Source of the DNA: Octopus bimaculoides
Lineage: Eukaryota
NCBI RefSeq assembly: GCF_001194135.2
Contig: NC_068989.1
Location: 81,041,487 to 81,105,486 of the forward strand
Length of the DNA: 64,000 nt
Direction: 5' to 3'
The notes below the pieces were generated by a model. It was not told the origin of the DNA. It saw nothing but the letters and a program-made list of their open reading frames with translations, and did not search any database. Numbering within the stretch: the stretch's first letter is position 1; each line of letters begins with the position of its first letter. The translations under genes and the position numbers were made by a program. Positions 12,647-24,999 of this stretch are shown piece after piece.

Positions 12647-15069
12647 CTACAAATGAGAAGAATGAAAAACATCTACATCTAAAACGCTTTTTTTAATTTC
12701 AAAATTGGGCTTATGAGGTGGTAGTAAGATACATAAAATGCAGAGAAAACAATATTTACTGATAGTCATTGGAATAAAAGAATTAAAATCAACTTCTAAG
12801 GTTGTAAATATAATAAAAGGAACCAAATGGGATGAGAGAAATGAGATTATGTTTTATATCAATGGCATCGAGCTATGACCAAGATAAATGATTTGCCATA
12901 ATAAGATTTCATATACGAACTATGTTGTCTATCAAACCAATAGGCATGCTTTTAAGTGGTCACTGAAAGTCTAAGAAATAGCAGCCAAAATGTCCTTAAA
13001 CTATACTCTATCATTGTAAAAAAAATCCCCCAAAACTACAGACAATAAAAGTCAAAACCAGAATGATTTTGATCATAGGTCTGCTCAATTAAGACTAGCC
13101 TAATGTTAAACAACAGCATATATCAATGATGTGATAAATAGGTTTACAAAGGATAAAAAATCAAAGCTTTAAATACACTGCAAACAAGCACTGGTGAAAG
13201 TGATAATGCAAACTGTGATTATAGACACAAGACTTCTCTGAGGGTTTACTGGTGGGGAAGTAGTGACATCTGTTGATGTAATTAGGGATGTGAGCAAAAC
13301 TATAAACAATATTATATAGCAAGTACAGAGTATGTTCTTGATTTTATTGGCAACAAACTGTCGCTCAAAAGGAAAAGTTGACTATGTGTCACAAGTGTGG
13401 TGTTGCACATCAATGAAACAAGGCAAAATGAAATCAGGAGACTTAGTAACTATAGAAGATGACAATGATACAGACTTAAGCGAGTTAAAGAAATTACTGT
13501 ATAACAGAAGAATTACTCAGAGTACGTAAAAAAAAAAAAAAAGAACTGCACTGAAAGGAATTCATTTGTTCATTTTAAGTCTCTTTTTCCAATGCTAGCA
13601 TGGTTTGGATGAATACTTAATACTGAGGCAGTATTTTATAGTGGTCATTCTTTGTATCACTGACCCTTCACATTTTCAAATAAAGGACTTTTTATTACAC
13701 TTATATTCAAAAGCAATGAGTTACAAATTAATTTGTTAGCAGGGAATGCCAACACAATGTCATCATTTTTCCTTAAATGGCTTCAAACAAGGCCACAACA
13801 TGTAAACATTCACACAGATACATACACCCACAAACAAAATGAACTCCCATAGAGTTTTTGCCTACCAATTCTACCCATTGGTCGACCAGAGGTTATAGTA
13901 CAAGACACTTACCCAATTACTACACAATGTACAAATTCACAAAGCAAACTCTACATCCACAGTCACACCTATATGCAACACAAATAGATGATAGCTATTA
14001 AATGAATACGTAGATCCCTGGAGCAAAACCAAAATAGATGACACCATAGAAAATTAGGTCACACTCAGAAGATGACAAAAATAAAGATGATCAAGAGATA
14101 TGTAGTTGCATTACCAAGTGTATCCCGGATTCAGGATAGGTACACCATGTCCCTACATGTCATAAGAGGCAACTAAAAGAATTGGAGACAGAAAAGGCAT
14201 TTAGCCATTAATAACTGCTTCAGAAAACCTGTCCAATCCATGTCAGTATGGAAAAGCAGACATATGGCAATGCTGGTGACGATCAGGAGATGTGCTATCA
14301 CAAAGATTCATCTGAATAGAAAGTAGATGTTAAGTGATAATAAAGATGAGAATGTCATTTCATATGCTACCAAGGGTGGGAAAATTGCTTCCATTTCATC
14401 AGCAGTTTCTATAATTGACAGTTTTCTCTTAGCTTCAACTTCCTTATATTGGTTCTACTTCATTATCAAACTTCCTTCATTTGAAATCTTCTGTAATTAT
14501 AAACACTACTATCTCTTTAATTATCATACTTTTCCATGCATCTTTTATTTCTCGGGCAAACTGGCAACTAATATCATTTAACTCATCTTGAACTTGGACC
14601 TAACAACCTTGTCCAACCCATGCCAGCATGGAAACGTAATGTAAAACAATGAGAACGGTGGTGGTGATGACACTGCTAGTTGATATCTGTGAATTATTAA
14701 GTGTTTGATTAATGAATATTAAAACTCTGCTCAATCACACCTGTAACTGGTAACAAAAAAATCCTCAAAAGTGTCAGTCATCACATAATTTAGATACTAC
14801 AATACACTGGTTTTTCTTTCATTGCAGATCTTATCTAAATCAGTGCTTAATAACCAATGTGTCACAAAACGGACTACGGTTGGAATATTTTATTTCTGAT
14901 TTTTCACACCCATAGATTAAATTTAAACAATGATTATTAGTTTCATCAGCAACAGCTTATCTTTACACACTAATCTAAATACATTTTATTTAACAGTTAT
15001 ATGATGTCTTAGCTGTCTGGTTAAGATGTTCATCTCAGAACTGAATGGTTTTGGGTTCAGTCCAATGTG

Positions 15070-15619
15070 CATCCTGCTCAGATTATAGTTTTGGGAGTTG
15101 TGGCATCAGATGGCAAAAAAAAAAAAAAAAAAATGCCCCATCATTTTTTTCAAACCTGGTGAGAGAATCGGTGCTGATGTCTATTACAAAGTGTTAAGAT
15201 ATCATGTCCTGACTTGCCTTAAGACTAATTACCCTGAACTTAATTATGTGTGGACTCAGGATTAAGTACCTGCTCATACAGCGAAGAAAGTACAAAAATT
15301 TAGCTGATTTTTGGCCCTCCACCAGCCAGATTTGAATTCGCTGGACTATTCTATTTGGGGTAATTTAGAGCAGTCTACCAATAGAGCTTCTCATCCTAGC
15401 ACTGAAAACCTCAAGTAGGTTTTGAAGGAAGAATGGATCAAATTGTCTGAACATTTTACTATAAAAACCGTATTCAATTGGTGAACACATTGAGTAGTCT
15501 CTTATAGGCAGTAATAACTTGTGTATATATAATTTTACTATATGTTGATTCTTCCATGTACAATAAAACATTTTCAGATTTCATTTGGCTTTTCTAAGTT
15601 TTGTTTCTCTGGCCTGTAC
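15070..15619 (+). mobile_element. Tc1/mariner-superfamily (DDxD, maT-like) transposase remnant
   Basis: Frameshifted HPAQIIVLGVVASDGKK / FFKPGERIGADVYYKVLRYHVL / WTQD*VPAHTAKKVQK / FWPS / PDLNSLDYSIWG; ends in ...CTGTA. Confidence 0.85.
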
Positions 15620-16842
15620 TATTCTTGTTAAAGAATAATAAACTTGTACTCTACCAAAAGGACTGAGAAATCCTTCAGTTTAAAGTACAATTGTTTTTAT
15701 TGTAACATAAAAACAAATAATATATATGTATGTATATTTGTGTCTTTTTGCCTTGACATCATGTAGTAGTTGTAAATGCAGTGTCATTCATTCCGAATCT
15801 TCTGGGAAAATATGTCTAGCCATGGGGAAATTTTCCCTTGCTTGAAAATAGATGAAGGTTGGTGATATGAAGGGCATCCAGCCATAGAAAAATCTACCTC
15901 AATAAATTTCGTCCAACCCATGCAAACATGGAAAAGAGGATGTTAAAATGATGATTGATGATATTTTAATATATGCCCGAGAAGGATGACGGTTGAGTGA
16001 AGAAGTACCACCCAATCCAACTGGAAAGAACCTTTGAAAGATAAAAATCAAGGAAGATGTAGATAGTGGCGAAAGCTTCAGAATTCTAAACTTCATGAAA
16101 AAGATGATAATGGACTGTACCAAGTGATGTGGAAGACCTATCCAACACATGCAAGCATGGGAAAATGGGACATAAAAATGACATATACTCTAATGGCAAA
16201 GATTCATTTAAAACATTATTATGGACAATAGTTGGAGAAGTGACTTAGTGTAAACTCTAATGCATCATTGTAGAGATAATTTTAGTGCATTGACTATTAG
16301 GAAAAAGTTTAGCAATGAACTCAATAATTTTTAAATATGTGAGTGTCCATCAGAGCTATGGGTAGTCCATTTCTTTTCTTTATTTTAGTCCTTCTATCGT
16401 GACATCATATTACTTTCTAGCATATCTGCTCCTATCACTGTCATAATTTCACAACCCTCAAAATTATATCTCATTCAGCTGAGAGATGGGGGTCTTGCCT
16501 TGCAAGTACTTGGTAACCTCACCAGTGTGGGTACACTTTGTAAAGTGGTTAGGATTAGGAAGGGCTGACACTGGAGCTCAATGGCTCATCAGTTCCTGTT
16601 AACCTGTCCAGCCCATACTAACATGGAAAAAGGGACGTTAAAAATGATAATGAATCTACTGGTGATTTGCTCCTCAATGCAGGATTTGTTAGAAAATTAC
16701 ATTTTAAATCTTGGAAAGAGTAGATTTGAATGAAAATACTAGAAGGTGCCCATTAATGACTAAACACTAGCAAGAGCTAATAAAGGAGACCAGCAACTGG
16801 GAAATGTCTTTGTCTAATGTATACTTTTGCTATTATTTAGTC

Positions 16843-17040
16843 TTGGCAGAATCATTAGCACACTGTGCAAAATGCTTAGCAGCATTTCATCTACCTTTTA
16901 CATCCTGAGTTCAAATTCCGCCCAGGTTGACTTATCCTTTTAGGGTCGATGAAATAAGTACTAGTCAAGCACTAGGGTTGATGTAATCAACTGTCACCTT
17001 CCCCAAAAATTTCAGATCTTGTGCCTCTAGTAGAAAGGAT
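16843..17040 (+). mobile_element. SINE family C
   Basis: Same family in plus orientation. Other copies: ~20572-20790(-), 23840-24025(-), 30985-31190(-), 32365-32590(+), 45235-45415(-), 47950-48166(+), 50781-50995(+). Confidence 0.8.
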
Positions 17041-18637
17041 TAATTAGTTAATTTGCCCCGAGTTAGCAAACCTCTGATCAAAAGCATTCCAATTGTAACC
17101 ATCCCATTATTTTAAAGGATATCTAGGACTACCACAAGGCAATCTATCCAACTGTTCTAACAACCATAGCTAAACTTCCACCTTTATACGTTAGTTGGAA
17201 AAGGTACAAAAACACCATCAGCAGAACATTCTGGTAACAGAACCAAAATCTAGGTGTACTTGAGTACCTAATATGTTTGTATCCATATCGTTCCTGGAAC
17301 ATAGAAGATAATTTCTAAGTGAATAAGATAATGCCTGGAGCACAGGTGCTTTGCTGTCTCAAGTTCACCAAAAAGCCATGAAACACTGGGATTTTCTGGG
17401 AAAATTACATGCACTGAGACATGACCTTGCCATGAGATGTTTTTATTCTCATGTACTTCGGTTTATTTCAACCAGTTAAGTACCAACTCTATGGGGTTGC
17501 TGTGATTTGTGAGAGGGCTAACTTTTCAGAACTGGGAGTTTTCATGAGATAGGATTTCTGAATGGTGGCAGGGGTAAAATAAGGGTAACATTTTCAATTA
17601 GACTTGGATCAATTAGTGGCTTCAGAAGCTAACTCAATTTTTTTTTAAAAAGGACAAAAATCAACAGTACAAAAAGTTGAAGAACGAGATCATTGAAAAC
17701 CCAAGAATACCAGACAGTCATCTTGCACAATACATCATTTTATCTTTAACATTTAAAATATAATAGATTAAAGACGGAACATAATAAAACATTGAAAAAG
17801 GCATAACAATGAAGTTAGAAATAAAGGAGTAAAAATGAAAACACTTTTAATTTTTTGTAACTAGCAGCTATCTTCAAACATTTCCTCAGAAAGCTTGAAA
17901 AAGATGACATCACACTACTTTTTAAAATATATTGTATTTTAACAATGATTCTGATAAAAAAAAATACCAATTTGGAGTCATAAAATAGGGAGGGTATATT
18001 ATATAAACATCAACTATGTTACATAGATAAAGATTGTTTCAGTAGTTAGGTAAAACTCGTGATTGTTTTCAAAAAAATAGCGAACTCAATATGTAGAAGA
18101 GAAATGAATAAATTAACTTAGACTAGCTAAAACGTTTCAGACAATAAATGAAAGGTTTGTGTGGAATATACGCATACAATACATCTATGTGTGTGTACAA
18201 CGATGAAATAAAGCCCACGGTTTAATCCTTCTCTAGTTCGCAATAATAAAAACAAAGGGGAATCAGAAGAAAGAGGAGATTAAAAGGAATTTAGAAAAGC
18301 TAAGACATCAAAATGGCCACCTTTCAAAAAAAAAAGACCGACAAAAAAACATATATAATACATACAATATACACACACATTGCACCACTGAATAAATTAG
18401 CGAAGAGATTATAACTAGAAATATATAACAGAAAACATCAACCCTGACCAAAAAATCTACAGTGATGTAATAACTACCGTTAATTTTTCACGACTGTCAC
18501 AATATTGACTGATATGGTTGCAGCAAAAGAAAACCCCTCAAAACGTAGAAGTTCCCGTTCTATTATAAATAGGTTTTATATAAAAGGAAGATAGTTTAAT
18601 GCAATTTGAGCATTTTATTTCTATTTCTCTTCAACTT

Positions 18638-18683
<46 letters not shown>

Positions 18684-18827
18684 GTATTAGGGAAAAGAAC
18701 CAAGGTTCATGAACTCATCGATGAAAATCCAGTCACATATATTTTACTCTGTAAAGCTCAATTTAATTTTAATTTTTTATAAATTGATTTTAATTGAGTT
18801 TTTACATGTAATTTTGGATTTTGTCCC

Positions 18828-18879
<52 letters not shown>

Positions 18880-20321
18880 TACAGGATACATCTATATATG
18901 CTTTTACTTCACGATCATACAATGTGTATTAGTTATGTTGCATTTAATTTAAAACTGCAGCAATTAAACTTTAAAATGGAGAGACGAACTGCTGCTAAGA
19001 CATCGTTGGGCCAGGTAAAAAAAAACAGTAGCCAACTCTGCCTCAAATTAACCTTAACGTCTTTAAAAAGAAAATGGACACTGAACAATGTTGTTGCTGA
19101 TTTATCAATGGGACTGATGATACAAGGCCAGCTAGAAATAACAGCCACATTACATCCCAATCACATACTAATGTCTTGAACAATGCAATTATATATTAAC
19201 AAACAGAAAAAAAGAAAAGATTGAGGTGCCTTAACAGGAAGACGATTTTCCTGAGAAATTGACAAAATACACACATATGCTGTAAAAAAAAAAGCAATGC
19301 AATTTTGTTAAGGGGAGGGGTTAAATTATTTCAATGAGTATATACTTGGTTCGTTGATGTCATATACTATATATACAGTGTGTGTATATACTACATCCAT
19401 GTTATATATAAATATTATGTGTGTGTTTTGTAATAATTAAATTCGTTGGTGTTATATATGTATATAATTAACATAATTTTTATTCAATAAAAAAAAAATT
19501 GGCAGCAGGTTGGAGGCAAATTAATTTCGTCCTCAGAATGAAAAATAAATTATACAATTGGTAGTACCAGTCAAATAAGTGGATCGATTTAATATCCTTA
19601 TATAAAGCATCCTACATGTGAATAGGAATTATAATAGATGTAAGTCTACTATTATAATGCCTGCTCACATGTAGGACTTGTATAAAAAAATGTTTTCTCA
19701 CAAACGTTGAGAATATTAGCAAGACGAGAATATGGTTTGAAGTTAACTGTGTATAATGATAATTTTTTTTTTTTTAATGTTTTTTTTTATATTGATATGA
19801 AAGGATAACTGGAAATATATCATTTTCTTATTTAATAACAATATTTCCTGGTATGAGCAGAAGGGAAAAAAACTATATCATAACAAGATATAATTGATTT
19901 CATAGAGACACCAAGGATGTTAAAGGGGTGGGTATAAGTCGGAATAGGTCGACATCAATACTCAACCAGTATTATTAATTTTATCGACTCCGGGAGGATA
20001 AAATGAAAATCAAGGAATTCGAAATCAAAATGCTGTGGTATGCAATTTAAATTACCACAAAGCAGGATTTATTATTCATATAAAACGATTCTGATTTTCC
20101 ACTACTCCTCATAACAAAATATATTAACATTTATGATGAGTCAACGCTACAGAAACAAAAAACAACCTCCAGCATATTTCAAGTGCTGCTTTATGTGGTG
20201 TTCTTTGTTTCACAAACAGGCGGTATGATCAACGTTTAATATTTCCCAGTATTACTACAATATTATTATTGTTATATAGTTGTAAATCGAAGGCTACTAT
20301 ATGTATATATATTATACATAC

Positions 20322-20341
20322 CATTTCCTATAAAGGGCCAT
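20322..20341 (-). CDS. DPF2: Candidate first coding exon of DPF/d4 (Requiem) gene
   Basis: Minus strand reads gagcgcg ATG GCC CTT TAT AGG AAA TG|gtatgt. Strong donor, phase 2 matching the next exon (TG+T = Cys), next to a promoter-like motif cluster. Vertebrate DPF genes also have a short phase-2 first exon. Confidence 0.6.
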
Positions 20342-20349
20342 CGCGCTCG

Positions 20350-20440
20350 TTTTCACTGGAAAAGAATAAGAGGAATGAAATGACAGCGTCACGTGACGTA
20401 ATTACCCGGTATGTCAGAGGTCACTTCCGGTTCGTCTTGT
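20350..20440. promoter_or_regulatory. Putative DPF core promoter with E-box/CLEAR-type palindrome and ETS site
   Basis: Perfect 12-bp palindrome CGTCACGTGACG at 20387-20398 and CACTTCCGG at 20422-20430. Local CpG retention in a CpG-poor background; the palindrome is 46 nt from the candidate ATG. Confidence 0.65.
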
Positions 20441-20885
20441 TTCATTATAGTCTCATTCAAATTTTGCTGTCGGCAGTTTCACATTTTGTCCTTTTCGGTA
20501 TCGATTAAAATAAGTGTTCCCCAATTACTGAGAGTGAATTTGATTCAATGTCTATTCCAAATAATAATTTTTTTTCTTCTGTAGGCACAAAGCCTGAAAT
20601 TTTAGAGGAAGTGTGCTAATTGATCACATCGACTCCATTGCTCAACTGTAAATTATTTTTCATTGACCCAGCAAGGATGAAAAGCAAAATTGACCTCAGC
20701 GAAATTTAAATTTAGAGCGTAAAGACGGACAAAATGCTGCTAAACATGTTGTCCAATGTGTTAACAATTCTGCCAGCTCGTTGCCTTTCTCCTCCAAATT
20801 ATAATAATTGACCTTTTTATTATATGCACAAAGCCTGAAATATTGGGGAGGGAGTTAGTCAGGCGAAGGTAAAGCGCGTGCACAC

Positions 20886-21770
20886 CACCCATTTTCGACT
20901 TTTTTTCCGAAATTTCTACAGATCTCTGTTTATCTTTCTCCCTTCCCACCCCAATTTCTTAATTTTTAACTTTTTTAGAATTTTTTAAATTAATCCACGT
21001 AGAAAAATACAGAGATTCGAATCTGAGGATTTTTAAAAAATTAATTTTAATTTTTCTAATAGAAATGCTCAATGCTCCTTTCCCCACTTCTCCCACTCAT
21101 CACCTCCCCGCTTTCAAAAAGTTAAAAACTCCGAATGTTTCACTTTCGTCTGATGTTTCTACACCAGAATTCTACGCTAAAAGTGAAACATTCGGAGTTT
21201 TTAGCTTTTTTAAAGTGGGAAGGTGAAGGGTGGAGGTTGGGAAAGGGGAATGAGTGTTTCTTTAAAAAAAAAAATTTTTTTAATTTCGAAAAAAAGTTAA
21301 AAATTAAAATATTGGGGTGGGGAAAGAGGAAATTGAAATTTTGAAAACACGTTTTTGAGGCAAAATTCTAATCTCCTATATCAAAAACAGGAATCTGAAG
21401 AAATNNNNNNNNNNNNNNNNNNNNNNNNNNNNNNNNNNNNNNNNNNNNNNNNNNNNNNNNNNNNNNNNNNNNNNNNNNNNNNNNNNNNNNNNNNNNNNNN
21501 NNNNNNNNNNNNNNNNNNNNNNNNNNNNNNNNNNNNNNNNNNNNNNNNNNNNNNNNNNNNNNNNNNNNNNNNNNNNNNNNNNNNNNNNNNNNNNNNNNNN
21601 NNNNNNNNNNNNNNNNNNNNNNNNNNNNNNNNNNNNNNNNNNNNNNNNNNNNNNNNNNNNNNNNNNNNNNNNNNNNNNNNNNNNNNNNNNNNNNNNNNNN
21701 NNNNNNNNNNNNNNNNNNNNNNNNNNNNNNNNNNNNNNNCAGGGGAGAAAATGTCGAGAAATGGGGTAAA
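20886..21770. mobile_element. Imperfect fold-back (long-TIR) element spanning an N gap
   Basis: Core arms AAAAACTCCGAATGTTTCACTTT / AAAGTGAAACATTCGGAGTTTTT centred near 21165. The outer arms keep matching across the 21405-21739 gap. Confidence 0.65.
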
Positions 21771-22719
21771 GAAACAGAAACAGGTATTAAGTAAATAAAC
21801 AGATTAACATATGGAAAAATAAATTAGCATCACTTTATGTATAAGAAAACATCTTTTCTCAAGACAAAAATATTTTCTATTTTAATTATATTCACAGTGA
21901 GGTCTAAACCATCATCATCATCAGCAACATTACCATTTATCCTGTCAAATATTCTCCCATGGTCTTAACATATGCCCTACCCATCTCTACTTTATATTTT
22001 ATATGGTGCTTGGTAAGTTCAAGTTTGAATTGGACCCAGAGGTCTGTGTTAACAACAATCTAATGTTTAGGATATTTCTGAGACATATATCATCATCATT
22101 ACCACCACCATCATCATATTCAACACTGCCACCACCAATGTTGTCATCATTATGATCATCACTATGATTCCTAAAAAAATAAATATTGACTCTCTGCAAT
22201 ATGTTCTGTTCTGTATGTGTTCTCCCACCCCCAACCTTGCTTCCATACCATCCCTATCATTTTTACTTCCTTTTTTGCACAGCTATGCCAAATGATCCTC
22301 AGTTTCCTGCCCTTCTGGGTTCCATTCAAAGGCTTGCTTTGCTAAACCTCCTTCTGGATCTTAACATCTACTTACCTATCTTTACTATTTGTTTCCAGAT
22401 TAAGGCAGTAAACCAACAGGATCATTAGCCCTTTAGACAAAACGCTTAGTGGCATTTTTTCCTGCTCTTTATGTTCTGAGCTCAAATTCTGATGAGATCA
22501 GGTTTGCTTTTCAACTTTTTTGGGGTCAATAAAATAAAGTATCAGAAAAGCACTTTCTTGACTTGCCCCTCTATCCTCAAAATTGCAGGCGTTGTGGCAC
22601 ATTCTGATGTGGAAGCCATGAATTTAAGCTTGAGATCATGCTGGTTTGATGAGCCTAGACTGCTACACTGGTTCGACATGGCTTGGTTGCTACATCAATT
22701 ATTATTAAAGTTGCCAGTG

Positions 22720-22925
22720 CCGCCTGACTGGCCTTCATGCCGGTGGCACGTAAAAGCACCCACAACACTCTCGGAGTGGTCGGCGTTAGGAAGGGCATCC
22801 AGCTGTAGAAACTCTGCCAAATCAGATTGGAGCCTGGTGTAGCAATCTGGTTTCACCAGTCCTCAGTAAAATCGTCCAACCCATGCTAGCATGGAAAGCG
22901 GATGTTAAACGACGATGATGATGAC
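22720..22925 (+). mobile_element. RTE 3'-tail repeat (family D), young copy
   Basis: Close to 42020-42260 in reverse complement; CpGs retained. Confidence 0.85.
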
Positions 22926-24410
22926 TTTGATTAAAAAGCTAACAAATACTTCTAGCGAGTCTCCTGAACATTCAAAGAAATTTATTATACATACATAAGT
23001 TACAATTTATCTTTTTGTGTGTGGGGGGCGGGTTTCAGTGCTCTTACTGCTCATATGAAATAAAAATATCTTTACATATCTTAATAATGATATGTAAAAC
23101 ATCTATTAGGATTATAAACAGTTATCTAATTATCTGCTTCCTAGTATCTAAATTTAATCAAAAATTAACTTTTAGCTTCTTTGTGCTTCTTGAGTTGCAC
23201 CTCTACCACTTGGTTTGTGGTTAACAAGAACTGGTGAGAAGCAACTTTTTAAGGAATTTTTTTGAAAAATTTTAAAATTAAATTTAGATACTAGGGAAAT
23301 ATGGAATTAAATTTAATGAGTTCTATAATTAAATCGAATATAATCCTCAAAAGCTGACAAAAAGTTCACTTAAAAAGATGCTTCTTGTGACGTCTTAACT
23401 TTAGTTGTGTTTTACTACCACAGGACAATGACTAATATTTATTTATTTATCATTTGTTCTTTTTTTTTTACTTTCATGTGGAAATATACTTTAGGTGATT
23501 AATTAAAAAGTCGTAATTGAAGGAATTATCTCCCTTAGGCTTTTTTATGTTGATTACACGCAGAGCTGCACTATAGATAAATTAATTGGTCCATTATGCA
23601 GTTCTCTCAGATGGTTATGTCAAAACCAGAGTACATTTTAAAACAAATATTGGTATAATAACGGCCTAATATTTTAGGTAAATTGCGTTATAGCTGACCC
23701 ATATTTCTAACAATAATATTTTTGAAGTAGTTGTATGCTGTCAACTAAATCTGAGAGATTTAGAAATGTATTACTAATATATGATATTTTTGTAACGATA
23801 TTAAAAATTTTTTCTAAGCTTACTTTATAACCCTTGGTTTTCAGGGAGGGGTTAAGTTAATTACATTAACCTCAGTGTTCAACTGGTATTTAATTTATCG
23901 ACTCCGAAAGGGATTAAAGGCAAAGCCGACCTTGGTGGGATTTGAACTCAAAACATAAAGACAGATGAAATGCTGCTAAGCATTTTGTCTGGCGTGTTAA
24001 TGATTCTGCCAGCTTGCTGCCTTATAATAGATAAATATAACCTAACCAACTAAGACAGAGAGTGTTCTGAAAGCATAGTTAGTTACCAGAATAAAAACAA
24101 GGTGGGAAAAACTCAGGAAGCTATGTCTTCTGTTGATAATAAAAAGATTGTTTCTGAAAGTGAAGAGCACTCCGTATAATACTCTTGTATGAAGTGTGAT
24201 ACTGCATGATAGAGAAATATGAACATTGAATGTAGAAGATGTGAGAAGGTTGGAAAGAAATGATGTGAGCATACTACACTGGATTTGTAATATAAGGATG
24301 GATGAATTATGAAGGGAAAATAAGCTGAGAGGAAAAGTGGGTATAAGATAAATCAGTCGTAATGTGCAAGAGAGGAAGACTGTACTAGCATTATAAGTAT
24401 ATACTGCTTT

Positions 24411-24650
24411 GCAATGAGTACAGTGAAGAATTCAGGGTAGAGGTAGGGATCCACGAAGGTTCAATCCTCAGCCCCCTCCTATTTATCATAGTCCTCCAGG
24501 CGATAACAGAGGAATTCAAGACAGGATGCCCCTGAGAGCTCCTCTATGCTGATGACCTTGCACTAATTGCTGAGTCACTATCAGAACTAGAGGAGAAGTA
24601 TCAGGTGTGGAAGCAAGGACTAGAATCGAAGGGCCTTAGAATCAACCTGA
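24411..24650 (+). mobile_element. RTE-clade LINE reverse transcriptase fragment
   Basis: NEYSEEFRVEVGIHEGSILSPLLFIIVLQAITEEFKTGCP*ELLYADDLALIAESLSELEEKYQVWKQGLESKGLRINL: GSxLSPLLF and YADD motifs, one in-frame stop. Confidence 0.9.
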
Positions 24651-24999
24651 TGATGATGATGGAGTACGTCAGTAGACTAAAGAAGTGTGACATTATCCAA
24701 GTGGAAGGAAAACTATGAAAAGAAGACCAAGGAAGATATGAGAAGTAGTGAAGTTAAACATCAAGGGGCTGAGCACCACAAAGATGGTGACAAAGAACTG
24801 AAGTTAGTGGTAAGAGTAAGGCTAGATTAAGACCCATAGAGGCCCCAAGCACTTAAAAGATCTTGGTGAGCCCATATATATGTAATTCAAAATATGAACG
24901 ATAATAAATCATAAAATAAATTTTTATTTTTCAAAATGAAACAAAGTTAACAGTAAAATGGAAAATAATGTTTATTTCTGTATACCTCCACTTTATTTA

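Noticed and set aside
22283-22428. Strong acceptor followed by ATG (MPNDPQFPALLGS...) as an exon of a plus-strand gene
   Set aside because: 48-aa product with no recognisable similarity, no convincing donor and no partner exons; embedded among repeats.
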